In this document: in pieces, positions 42,633 through 55,493 of the stretch | Layout of the letters: every line of letters begins with the position of its first letter | How positions within the stretch are numbered: the stretch's first letter is position 1 | Assembly: GCA_964016885.1 (NCBI GenBank) | Contig: OZ024742.1 | Coordinates: 314,464,001 to 314,528,000 of the forward strand | Source: Eledone cirrhosa | Lineage: Eukaryota | DNA length: 64,000 bases | Reading direction: 5' to 3' | Position numbers and translations under genes: made by a program | The notes under the pieces: generated by a model | Database searches by the model: none | What the model was told of the DNA's origin: nothing | The model's input: the letters and a program-made list of their open reading frames with translations, nothing else

Positions 42633-43280
42633 AAGGCCATACATTTCAGACAACACTAAGAGAATTTTACAATTGACTGTCCAGCTACACGTGGGAGAGA
42701 GATGTCACAGCGTGTTTAAGGGCAGTGAACCAGTGGCCTCTGAGAGACGAACTGCTAGAAAGGGCAGCCCAAAGCCACTCAGAGAAGTGTGCTCAACCAA
42801 ACAGAGATAGGAAAGACGGTTGTTAGGAGCGAAATATCACGATAAATTAACGGAGGCATAGGCCGTCGTTATTCCCTGTAAATAATGTGTTCAAAGGGGA
42901 AGAGATCCTGAGCCCTTTAAAATATAATATGTTGAGAAGGTAACACACCAGAGAGAGATATATAGTGCGTTATCAATAATACAGGGAAAAAAACCCCCAG
43001 TGTATGGAATCTATAACCTATGAAAGGCAGACTATAGACACGATAATTAAAAATATAAATTAAAGCGTAAATAAATACCTCTATCACTATATAACACACG
43101 TACAAATCCAAAGATATGTTTCACCAAAAAATTTGTTGAAAGAAATGTACACTGGTGGTTTTTTTCCCTGTATTATTGATAACGTGTGTGTTACCTTCTC
43201 AACATATTATATATATATATACACGTATATACACATATATATATATATATACACATACATACACACACATACACACGCAT

Positions 43281-43316
<36 letters not shown>

Positions 43317-43322
43317 ACACAT

Positions 43323-43359
<37 letters not shown>

Positions 43360-43403
43360 TATATACATACGAATACACATACACATACACACACTCACAT
43401 ATG

Positions 43404-43435
<32 letters not shown>

Positions 43436-43542
43436 TACATACACACACACATACACACATACATATACATACACATATGTATATACACATATATATATAT
43501 ATACATATACATACACATACATATATATATACATATAAATAC

Positions 43543-43637
<95 letters not shown>

Positions 43638-43699
43638 AACACACATACACATACATACGCATACATACATATATACACATACGTATATATATATACATA

Positions 43700-44310
43700 T
43701 GGTGGCTGCCAACTCGTTTTCGAGTACGGCCACTACTTTATATCCATGTAGGAGAACCCCTACGGATGCGCTGAACGAGTGTGACTTTTCAGTCCAGCCA
43801 GCGATTTGAAAACTCTGGTACAAACACTACACTTTTGACAATTATTGACACATAGTGCTGGGCCCATGATTACCATCTGACGACAAGTGCAGAGAGATCT
43901 CCAGATATAAAGCAATGCTTGTGCCGTGAAGCTTTTATAGTGAGCAAAGGCAGTGCACAAAGCCAGTCCCACTCTCTTAACCAAGATGATATGTACCAAA
44001 AAGAAGAACAAGTCAACATCATTGGATACCATCAGGGTTGCAGGTGTTATATCAGAGTTTTCCTTCTCCTAGAATTCTGCCTTGACAAAGGCTAAGGGGT
44101 CATCTCTCCCGGTGATTTTGGATGGTCATTGACTCTTAAGAGCTCCTTTGCCCTTTGACAGGTTTTGTTTTTAGTCCTGCAGGATGTCCAAAGTCACCCT
44201 CCTCACCAAGAAACCTTGGTGGGGTTGCCAGTTTAGTCGCCAACGACCCGACCATGAGACAGGTTGTACTGGGATACATGTTACCAGTAGCACCAACTGG
44301 TGACCTGACA
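43700..44310 (-). mobile_element. Short internally deleted (bipartite) RTE derivative
   Basis: RTE-like 5' motif CTAGGAGAAGGAAAACTCTGA joined to a C-terminal C2H2 finger [17 protein letters not shown]. Confidence 0.55.
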
Positions 44311-44599
44311 TATATATATACATATACACATATATATACACACATGCACATACATACACGTATACCCATACATACAGATATACACACAAATACACATACA
44401 CATATAAATATATATACACACACACACATACATATGTGCGCACATACTCATACATACAATACATAAACATACACATACATATACATACATACACACAAAT
44501 ATGTACACTAACAAATAAATAAGTACTCAATAAATATACGCATATACACAGGCACATAAAAACAGCTCTACAGGCAGAGAATGCAGATAGGTAAGAGGT

Positions 44600-45943
44600 A
44601 CTCACATAACCATAGTGGCCGTATTTCAGGTTGAGGAGGGGTGGGCGTAGGGTGGGAAGGAGGAATAAGGGCCAATAGGGGGAGGTCGTTTTTAGCCATC
44701 GGGCTTTAACACTGGCTTAAAGTGTTTGAAAGTTGCAAAGTTCTTGTGCATGCAGTTCGGGCAGTGTTCAGAGAGTTTGTTCAGTAGCGGTCCTTGGCGA
44801 ATAAAATTTCGTAGCTCTCTGAGATACAGAGATCGCAGCCCTTGAACCTCCGTTGCAAGAGCGCGCTTTCTGGAGTATTTTCCATTTAAGCGTGAAGGGA
44901 GTGGAGTTCCTTTTGAGGTCCCAAACATAGGAGGCGAGTGTTGTCTGGTTTGATTTGTCCGGTCTTCTGAAGGAGTGGGTATGGGCATACCAACGGGTCT
45001 TAAAGTTGTTGGAGGTCATGTCGATGTAAGTTTTTTTGCAATCATCGGTGCCCGAGATGACATCGCATTTGTATACGATATCATTTGTGAGGCATTTGTT
45101 TTCAAGTGGGCATGCTTCCTTATTTAGGCAATTACACAGCGCCCCAGTCCGGGGATTGGGTTCGGAGGTGGTTGACCTATTTAATTTTTTAGAATTGTGG
45201 TTGGCTATATTCCTAGCTAGGTTAGGTGTGGTGGAGTAGGAGAGTCTTATTGTGTTCTTATTAAGGATGGTGTGGTACCTATGTTGTATGGGGAAGATAA
45301 TTTCAGCAAAGTGAAGAAAATCCTAGCTATCGGTGTAGAGACCTCTCTATTGAAGGGAGGGTTGTACCAGCTAATCTGCCTATGTCTATTCCTCCTCTGC
45401 CATCTTGCGGTGGTTTCTAGGTATGTTATCTTTTCTTTTAAATCCGCTGCGGGCGAGGGCGTCATTTTAGTAGGAGGCAGATGCGTTAAAAATATCTTTG
45501 TTGGCGGAGAGGCCAGATATTCTAATAGAGACGCTTTTTACAAGGTTATCAGTGATGTTTTGGGGGTGGTTTGAATTAACGTTAATATATCTAAGGGACT
45601 CGTTAGGTTTGTGGTACGGGTAATAGAGGGAAGTATCTAGGTCGAGAGTGACATCTAAGAAGTTGGCCCTAGTCATATTAGATTCTATAGTTATACTAAA
45701 TCCTAGATTAGAGAAGAAAGAGCTTAAGTTTTTCCGAAACCCATCGGTAGTCCTGGGGTTAACTCTATGCAGGGCGAAGAGGCCGTCGTCTCGGTATAAA
45801 CCTCCGGTTAGGCCGGTAAATTTCAGCCGAGTCACTGGCTCCCATGCTAACGTCAAATGGGGTCTGAGATTTCTTGTTGATCCAGTAAGATTCATCGTGG
45901 TATAGAAAGGTCTTACGAGCGTGGAGGATAATAACTTGCTCAG
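44600..45943 (-). mobile_element. Penelope-like element fragment (RT C-half + GIY-YIG), Naiad-like
   Basis: GGLYRDDG, NFLDVTLDL, YHKPN, SNHP, WYNPPF, CNCLNKEACPL, TTLASYVWDLK, CDLC..NCMH. Confidence 0.9.
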
Positions 45944-46983
45944 CATATATATATATATAAGAGAGTATTGAATTTTGCTTGAAGCATTGTGGAACAATAA
46001 GTAAATATATTTAAGTCGTTTGGAAGCCTCGACAATGCAAATGGGTAAATCTCCGGGTAACAAGGTCCGGTGGTGGAGAGAGAGATGTAAGTGGGTGTAC
46101 GTTGAGATGCGTGGTGTGTATAAGATGTGTGAGATGTGTAGAATGAAGGGAAGAGTATAAAGGATAAAATAAAAATAACAACACAAGAGAGAGTTACCTG
46201 GGAGAGATTTAATAGTCCCTATATATTTCGGATTCACATTCATCAACTGGGGTTTTTTTCCGGGGTGGGGGAAAAGGTTGTCTGTCGGACAAGTCCGGAA
46301 CGCGTCCTTCGCTGTTTGTTGTTTTGAATATCTCTCGATATTCAAAACAAGAAACAGCGAAGGGCGTGTATATATGTATATAAAAGTTTGTATATGTATG
46401 ATAAAGCCAAAACAATGCAGGTATGGACATAGAATAAAGAATGCAAAGATAGAACATTAACGATAGAACAGAAACTCTATACCATTTCCTGTCAGCATGA
46501 CTTGGCAAGCTATTTAGAACACTGGTTTAACCGCTTTACTTCCCTCCGAAGAAGAGATATTATCTCGAAAATATAAATAAATCTAAGGTAAAAGACTAAT
46601 TGTCAACAATATCTTTTGCATTTGCATTCTTTATTCTATGTCCATACCTGCATTGTTTTGGCTTTATTATACATATACAAACGTTTATACCTCATTACAC
46701 AATGCTTCAAGTGGACTATAACTTCCTCCTATATATATATATATAAGCAAAGAGCTATTTAATTTGTTGGTTATTCAACAATTTTATTTATAACAGATAC
46801 GAAGCAGTCTACAGTTTTCTTCTGAGTATAATATCAATAATATTAACGAATGGAAACTATCTTTATAAAACCATATCTATTTTATTATATATAATTCTTA
46901 ATATTATTAATATATATATATATTAGAAAGTGCGTTTTTTTTACAAAATGAAAAATAACCGAGGTGTCCTACACGAGTGGAAG

Positions 46984-47281
46984 TATAAAGAAAAAGAGAT
47001 GAAATCGAAAATGCAACTGAAGTCTTATTTTTTTTTTAAATATATATATTTATTTGGTTCCTTTACCGGTTTCGCAGTTCTTCTGCTTTTCAAAAGGTGA
47101 GTTGAGATGGAGGGTCTGTGGTTTTTCTCACATCTGAGATGTGAGAAAAACCACAGACCCTCCATCTCAACTCACCTTTTGAAAAGCAGAAGAACTGCGA
47201 AACCGGTAAAGGAACCAAATAAATATATATATTTAAAAAAAAAATAAGACTTCAGTTGCATTTTCGATTTCATCTCTTTTT

Positions 47282-47288
<7 letters not shown>
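46984..47288. repeat. Near-perfect palindrome, 152-bp arms with a 1-nt spacer, carrying two U3-A8 HHRs (47060-47097 -, 47175-47212 +)
   Basis: Centre CACATCT-G-AGATGTG at 47136. Confidence 0.9.
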
Positions 47289-47355
<67 letters not shown>

Positions 47356-47357
47356 GG

Positions 47358-47449
<92 letters not shown>

Positions 47450-47597
47450 GTATATACAAGTTTTTATATGTATAATAAAGCCAAAACAATGCAGGTATGG
47501 ACATAGAATAAAGAATGCAAAGATAGAACATTAATATTAACGAATGGAAACTATCTTTATAAAACCATATTTATTTTATTATATATTATTCTTAATA

Positions 47598-47684
<87 letters not shown>

Positions 47685-47880
47685 TATAAAATTGAAAAAG
47701 TGAAGAATAACATGTTCAACAGTACAAAAAAGGAGAGTTATTTTCAGTCTAACAATTGTTTCATTGATAGAGTTGTCTACGTAAACCTCCTGTTGAGTCA
47801 AGCAACGCCGTACGCTAAAACTATCCATAATAAGTACTCACAACCTTTAATTGGATTACATATAACGATATTTTGTTATC

Positions 47881-47911
<31 letters not shown>

Positions 47912-47914
<3 letters not shown>

Positions 47915-48150
47915 TAATTGTCCTAACTATGTTCCTAAGTATACCCTTACTGACTAGTCCCAATTCCGTTTAGTAGTCTACAGGTGGCATTAGAAGCGAA
48001 CTCTACTTTGTGATCCTTAAGAGTGAGAAACGCCTTACGCTTAGCTAAGCATGATAGTTTCTCATCTACCTTAAGGGCGGCATCATGGGATTTGGCTTCT
48101 GTATTGATGCCATGGTAGGCCATATGGTTAGCCTTCTTATATTTAGGTAT
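47912..48150 (-). mobile_element. Inverted upstream piece of a PLE RT
   Basis: RKAFLTLKDHKVEFASNATCRLLN / ELGLVSKGIL on the minus strand. Confidence 0.75.
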
Positions 48151-48189
48151 GGTGGACTAACGGTTGTGTTACTACTTCTATATATATAT

Positions 48190-49897
48190 GTCCCAGTGGG
48201 AGAATAGCGACTTCATCCTTAAGTGATTTAACTCCTTCAACTCCAAAAAAGCGAAGTTCACGCAATTCAACATTGTAGATTTTTACCCGTCGATCTCAGA
48301 GACCCTGTTAAACAAAACGTTGAACTTTGCTACTACTTACTCTACCGCCCATGTTTTAGACAAGGAGATCATCGCACACTGTCGGAAACCCTCCACTTCA
48401 AAAACGGAGTAGCCTGGGCAAAGAAGTCAACCACTTCAGAACTATTCGACGTCTCCATGGGTTCGTTTTTGACAGTGCTGACGTAGGAGACTGGGTTGGC
48501 TCATTTATTTTAGACATATTGCGTGTTATATTCCCGGACTTCTACACGCGAATATACCGCGAAGATTGCCTGACCTTGTCGAGCCATAAAAGTGGTCACG
48601 AACTGGACCATTTTAAAAAAGATTTAACTTCTACTTTTAATGACTTAGGACTTAGGGTAACGGTAGCTACTAATCTCTATAGCGTAGATTTCTTAGACAT
48701 TAATACAGAGCTTCGCACACGTACCTTCAGAACCTTCCATAAGTTAAACGAAAAACTTAATTACATACACAAGGACTCATGCCACCCCCCTACTGTTTTT
48801 AGAAACTTCGTAAATAATAGAATCTCTAACCTCTTCTCTAATAAGGCTATCTTTGACAGAGCGGTCCCCTACTATAACACGGCGTTAGCTAACAGCGGCT
48901 TCTCGCAACCAATTACTTACTCCTCTACTAACAACAACAGAAATAAGAAAATAAATCGTAACAATAGACAAACTCTCTGGTTCTCTGCTCCCTTCTCACT
49001 CAACGTTAAAACTAATGTGGGAAAAATATTGTTAGCCCTTTTAAATAGGCACTTTCCCATAGGTCACAAATACCGCTCCATCTTTAGCAGAAACAGAGTA
49101 AAACTAGGGTAGTCTTGCGCCAAGAATATGATGGCCACACCACCAACAATCCTAAGAGCGGCGCCCCACCAGGATTCTCTTGTCGAAAGCCTGAAGCTTG
49201 TCCCCTTCAACAGCAATGCAATACACCCGCTGTAGTTTATGAAGCTGTGGTCATTTCCAACCGACCAAATCAACCACAGGAGGTCAAATGATATATGGGT
49301 ATGGCGGAGGGCCGATTTAAGGAACACTTCCTGAAACATCAGTCGACCTTAGGTACCCGCTCAAACGATCATCCACGAAGCTCGCGAGCCAGGTATGGTC
49401 CCTCAAAGGCTCAGGTATAGACTACTCCATTCAATGGAAAGCTATCACTAAGTCCAAGCCATACGCAAGGGGCAATCTTGTGGACTGTGTATTGAAGAAA
49501 GGATAAATATTCTAAGGAAATTACGCAATAGCGATTGCCTAAATTTAAGATATGAAATCTTCTCACGTTGTCCACATGTCTGGAAACACCTCTTGGATAA
49601 CTACAAAGCTCCGGATTGAATAACAACAACATTCTAATTTTCTAATCAACTCAAACTTTTTATTCCGGACTTTCGCAATTATCTCCCTTACACCTTTCGC
49701 TCGTGGCTTTGTATTGCTTTGGTGAAGTGACCGTTTCTGCGCATGCGCATTCACACAGTTGTTCTTCCTGTTCCGTATAACCATGACCAGTCCGAGCTGA
49801 AGATCGGCATAAGGTGAATCAAATGTTCTCAGTATGGTGTACTAACTGTTGTGTTACTACTTCTACCAAACACGTCCCTTGGACTGAGTGTTCTACA

Positions 49898-49901
<4 letters not shown>
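48190..49901 (+). mobile_element. Penelope-like element (RT + GIY-YIG + pLTR with degenerate HHR at 49792-49831)
   Basis: IVDFYPSISE, FDVSMGS, IYREDC, DFLDIN, SCHPP, WFSAPFS, GMAEGRFKE. Confidence 0.9.
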
Positions 49902-49938
<37 letters not shown>

Positions 49939-50054
49939 TGTGTAAAGATGCGGGAGAAATTCAAGTGTAAACCGACACTGACTCAATAAATAAGCCTGTG
50001 AATTCCTACTGTACCATTTAGTACTCATCCTTGCAAACCTCTAGCCTGAAAGTA

Positions 50055-50354
<300 letters not shown>

Positions 50355-50797
50355 ATATATATATATATTAGTATCAGTGCTCTGAAATAGCGATGTATGT
50401 ATTAATGTATGTATAGTATATTTGATAATATACTGTAAAATTTAAAAACATGTTGAAGACCATTGGCTATGAGTTTTAAAGTAGTGTCTATGTCACTTAC
50501 TTTGTCTCGGCAAAATCAAAGGGAAACAACCGACAGCTGTTTCTTGTTTGTTAACGATTATCAAGATGGCTTATCCCTCCGCTTTTGTCGAGACTTATCG
50601 AAGCTGGATTCTTACATTTTCCTATATATATTATCTATGGTGATACTGCAGAATCCCGTCTTATATACTAGGTTGTGACCCATTGAACAATTAAATAGGA
50701 TGCACAAATTTGAAACTAGTCCGGCTTATTCCTAATTTTTTGTCAGAAAGATACTGTCAATACATCAGTAGTATCATATCTATAGTTATTTTATGTA

Positions 50798-51912
50798 CCG
50801 CATATACTCGAGTATAGGTCGCCCCGGCAGACAGGTCGCATACCCACTTTTCATTTAACAAATAGGCTATTTGCCATTGACTCGCAGATAGGTCGCACTG
50901 AAATTTGGGCCGTCAAACAACTAATTTTATGATAATTGAAACTAATAATCTGTTAGCTTTCCATTACTTCACGATTGTGATATATACTCCAAACCATGTT
51001 TTATTTATAAAATAAACATTAACGTCATCGAAATTTCGTCAATTCGAGATTACAATTCGCCTTTAAGCGCGAAAATTAACTCTTAATATAGTGAAACAAC
51101 TTGAAATAACACGTGTTTTTTAACGTTGAAAGTATAACATATTTTTAGCGTATCAACATGGCTTCCCAAAGTAGCGAATACCGACTTTGAAGGTTTTACA
51201 TGCGACGACATTCGAAATGAAAAAGAAACACAAGATACTATTAGTGATTTATCTTTAAATGAATCAGACGTATTTATTTCTGACGATGATAGTTACTTTG
51301 AAAGTGAAAGCGAAGATCTGACGGACACCATTGACAATATTACAGCAACGTGGTTGAAAGATACAACACCAATACATGTTCACACCTGTTAATGAACTTA
51401 TATATTGGAACACTCTGTTACGTAAATTTACACCGTACATTGTGTAAGAGTACATTGCAAATATTATTTTGACAGGTGAAAATGTTTTATACATTTTTTT
51501 CAATGAAAATATTTGCCTGGAATGTAGAGAAAGACTAAAACCTTGTACTGATTATATCTGCATTATTTATTAATTCACCTGTTCGGAAAACTACTAGAAT
51601 TGATGGCAGTCAACATCTAGGTCATTATTGCATTTTTTTGCAACAAATCTAACAGGTAAGGCAGATAAAGTTTAAATGTTTGTGTTTATACATAAAGTTA
51701 TTACTTTACCTGTTAATTAAATAGTTTTTTTTATGAAATTATTATGTTAAATAATAAAAAAATATTAACAAAGTTATTTTTATAAATACCCATCGTTGAT
51801 TAAGTCTATGAAAAATCATTGGTCAGTCTGATGTCAATCGGATAGGTCGCACCCCATACATTTATACTTATTTATCGTTAAAAAAGTGCGACCTATACGC
51901 GAGTATATAGGG
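50798..51912. mobile_element. Non-autonomous pogo/Tigger-like Tc1/mariner transposon
   Basis: TA-CCGCATATACTCGAGTATAGGTCGC ... GCGACCTATACGCGAGTATATAGGG-TA. Confidence 0.8.
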
Positions 51913-52177
51913 TAGTACAATATAACAGGAGCAAAAGACTGTTAAGACATCTGACCTCCAAAGAGTGTTATAGACGAAGATTGTTGTATCCAGTTCGCGT
52001 ATTTCCTTAATAGTAGTATGTTTATAAGCAAAGTCTTAGTAGACGTTATACCGGGTTCCACTGTTGTTGGCAAGGTATTAATATAATGTTAAACAATTTG
52101 ATGTTAGATTTAAACAGCAAACACTATACTATATATTATCAATATACTATTTATTTTTGTTAAATCAAATATAGTAA

Positions 52178-52370
52178 TTGTTTCTACTTTTGACACAAGG
52201 CCAGCAATTACCCAGTATATTACTAGTACTTTATTTTACCTACTCCGTAAGGAGGAAGGGCAAAGTTAACCTCGGCGGGATTTGAACTCAGTCCGTAAAG
52301 GGACGCAATTCTATGCTGGAAACCATGGCGTCCGAAATTCTCTCTATACATCGAATCCACCGCCATTAGC
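52178..52370 (-). mobile_element. tRNA-derived SINE
   Basis: Same core as the other copies. Confidence 0.8.
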
Positions 52371-52530
52371 CAATTCTGCGCCCATAAATCAAATATAATA
52401 ATTCGCATCATGTATCTGTAGCTCCCTATATTTATTTTAATGTAACTTTATTTAGATTTATGTTTACACCCCCATTTTCTCATTCTCATTCGTCCGGCGT
52501 TATTACCTAATACTCATTTCTCGCAAAGAA

Positions 52531-52623
<93 letters not shown>

Positions 52624-52699
52624 AGGAGAGAAAGAAAGAAAAAATGTCAAATTAAGACTAAAAACGGCAGAAATGTAAAATATTATAATGCATTATAGA

Positions 52700-52900
52700 A
52701 GGGCAGTAGCAGGGCAGACGCCATTCTGTGCAGCATAGAGTTACGGCGTTTTATGATCTGAGTTTAAATCCCGTCGAGGTTAACTTTGCCTTTCATCTTT
52801 TCGCGGTCGATAAAATAAAATAAAATCACACACTGGCGTCGATTTAATCGACATTCCCCTCCACCCAAAAATTGCTGGCCTTGTGCCTATATAAGAAATC
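52700..52900 (+). mobile_element. SINE with 18-bp TSD
   Basis: ATTATAATGCATTATAGA at 52682-52699 and 52901-52918. Confidence 0.85.
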
Positions 52901-53272
52901 ATTATAATGCATTATAGAGTACGAGAGAATAAAATTGGCAGAAAGAGAAATACAATGATAGAAAGAAAGAGGTAAATACATTGAAAGAGAGGTAAGGAGT
53001 TTGAAGGTAACGAAGGAACTACATTTAAAATTTCAAGCAGCATTTGATTAACTAGACTCAGACAACAGTGCTAAACTTAATTGTATGCAAATATCTTGTC
53101 CAAGTAAAACATCTTCTAAATAAAAATAGCCAGATATATTTGAAAATACTCGCTGCGTGGTGACGTGAGATACATTTTATCTTTAACGTTTCCGACAGCA
53201 AGAGGTGATTAGGTAAAGTTTTTCGAATAGTAACACTATTTTATTTCCACATGGACACTTACACACTCAAAA

Positions 53273-53359
<87 letters not shown>

Positions 53360-53387
53360 TACATACATATATATATATATATATTTA

Positions 53388-54650
53388 CGTAGACCACGGA
53401 GTGTATGTACACAAACGTACTTCCGTATCTTCGCGGTGGTTTATACCGTGACGATGCCCTCCTTACCCTTGAGCATAACAAATATAACATTGAAAGGACA
53501 AAGAAGGACCTGCGTAAATTCTTTAAAGGTTTTAATCTTAGTATCACTATAGATAAGAATAACAGAACAGTGAATTTCTTAGATGTAACACTTGACCTAG
53601 AAAATAGGATCTTCACACCTTAACATAAACCTAATGAGAGACTAACATATGTGAATCCCGATTCCAACCATCCTCAGTCAGTACTAAATGCAATTATTAA
53701 AGGCGTATCTAATAGGATTAGCTGTTAATCTTGTAACGAAGACATTTTAAACTCAAATTTTGAATATTATAACGAGGCACTAGCAAAGTCCGACTATAGG
53801 AATAAACTATATTACATACCTAATAGCCCCCAATCCACCCATGCTGGACCTAATAGTATAATTACGCACAATATGTCATTGAATAATAATAGTAATAGAA
53901 ATAGCAGTAGGGATAAGACCGCTACGGTGATTGGTTCGGCCCGGCCCCGACAGAATGGCCATGTTGTGCATCCTCCACATATTCCTGCTGGTGACACTAA
54001 TAGCGGTATGATGAGATCTAGAATCTATAGACATCCTGGTGTTATTAATGGGAGTAGTGACCAAAATAATACGAGAGTTTCACAGCAGGTATATCGTGGC
54101 AATAATATTGACGGCGGTAGGGGTAATGGTAATTCTAACATTAACCTGACTCTTATGGGGGAAAATAGAACAAGTAGAAGAAGACTGAACACACACTTTA
54201 ACCCACCCTACAACTCTGAGGTCTTAACCAACATACCCAAAATATTCTTCTTAATCCTAGAAAAGAATTTCCCGCCTGTCAGTAGATACCATAGAATAAT
54301 TAATAAAAATACGATTAAATTATCTTACTTCACTACCCCAAACTTGGCCTACCACCTAGCACGCACTAATAATAGGAAAATTAGAGTAGGGTTCGACACA
54401 ATCAAATCTGTAAATAACCACCAACAACCTAACACATTGGGAAATGAGGTGCCTGAGTTTGGTAGCAACACATCAGAAGAACATATACCATATCAGGAAG
54501 ATTTTACCAACCGGCCCTCCCAGGATACGAACAGCAACATACACCGAAATTGTAATTGTAGACGGAGTGAAGATTGCCCTTTGAAGGGCAATTGCCTCAT
54601 GAGAAACATAGTTTATGCATGTGATGTAACAGAGAAATAGAGAATAGCAA
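53388..54650 (+). mobile_element. Penelope-like element fragment (second family)
   Basis: GGLYRDDAL, VNFLDVTLDL, HKPN, SNHP, HFNPPY, CNCRRSEDCPLKGNC..IVYAC. Confidence 0.88.
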
Positions 54651-55493
54651 TAATAAAAGCACTAAATCTTCTCAACTGCATTCGAAAATCAGCGATCAAG
54701 AAACATTCTTCGTATAAGTTAGAAAAGAAATTACGACTGCCTAAACAAGAACATGTTATGTTTCTCTGTAAATATTTATATTTTGACTTTGTTTATCCTT
54801 ATATTGGTTACTTAATCAAGTTTACATGAAATGAGCAAAACCAAACTGAAAATTAATTAGATTGTCTACTATTGATGTCGTTCATGTTGTAGTGATTGCT
54901 CTTACTACTTCTGTTCTTGTTACCAATATTGCCGTGTTAGAGTTCAACATTTTGTTTTCTTCTTTGCTGTTTCACAACATGATGATCATGTTCATGATCA
55001 TGAACATCATCATGATCATGATTGTTATCATGAAGAGGATTCGATACAGATCACGTTTCTCTTCTCAGTAGTACAGATGTATGCATTGATATTTCGATTT
55101 GCTGGTGGTGTTTTATGTATAGTTCAAATTTAGCTACACTGTTTTAAAGCAATTGTAACGTTACCGTTGATAATATTAGCCTTTTTCTTCTATGTTATTA
55201 TTCTTTTAGATACACTAATGTTAGTAGAAACATATTTTATCATGAGCATTGTTGTTGTGTTTTGGTTGAATGCACTTTTATGGTTGGATGTACTTTTCCT
55301 ATCAATAGAGGTTTTTTTGATACAGTGCGTCCTACATGAATTTCTTTTCTTTTATGAGATTCGACATAAAACACTAAAAACACACTCAGAATAATTTTGT
55401 GATAGTTTAATTTCAGATCATCCCTGATTTAGCAGAAGTATGGCCAAAAGCATGCCAGCTATAGCCATCCAATCAGTTTAGCTGTATATAGGA

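Larger units (their letters stand above)
41297..43211 (-). mobile_element. Retrozyme-like tandem array: ~3.4 copies of a 542-bp monomer plus a short inverted cap
   Basis: Units begin at 41297, 41835, 42377, 42919; inverted segment at 43148-43211; (TA)n on both sides. Confidence 0.88.

Noticed and set aside
41589-43111. Repeated 62-64 aa ORFs in the 542-bp array
   Set aside because: Non-ATG starts; the plus-strand ORF is broken by a TAG in monomer 3 and the minus-strand ORF is frameshifted in monomer 1; no recognisable domain
45467-46345. 292-aa ORF as an intact protein
   Set aside because: Chimeric read-through across a non-coding module and (TA)n into the PLE RT frame
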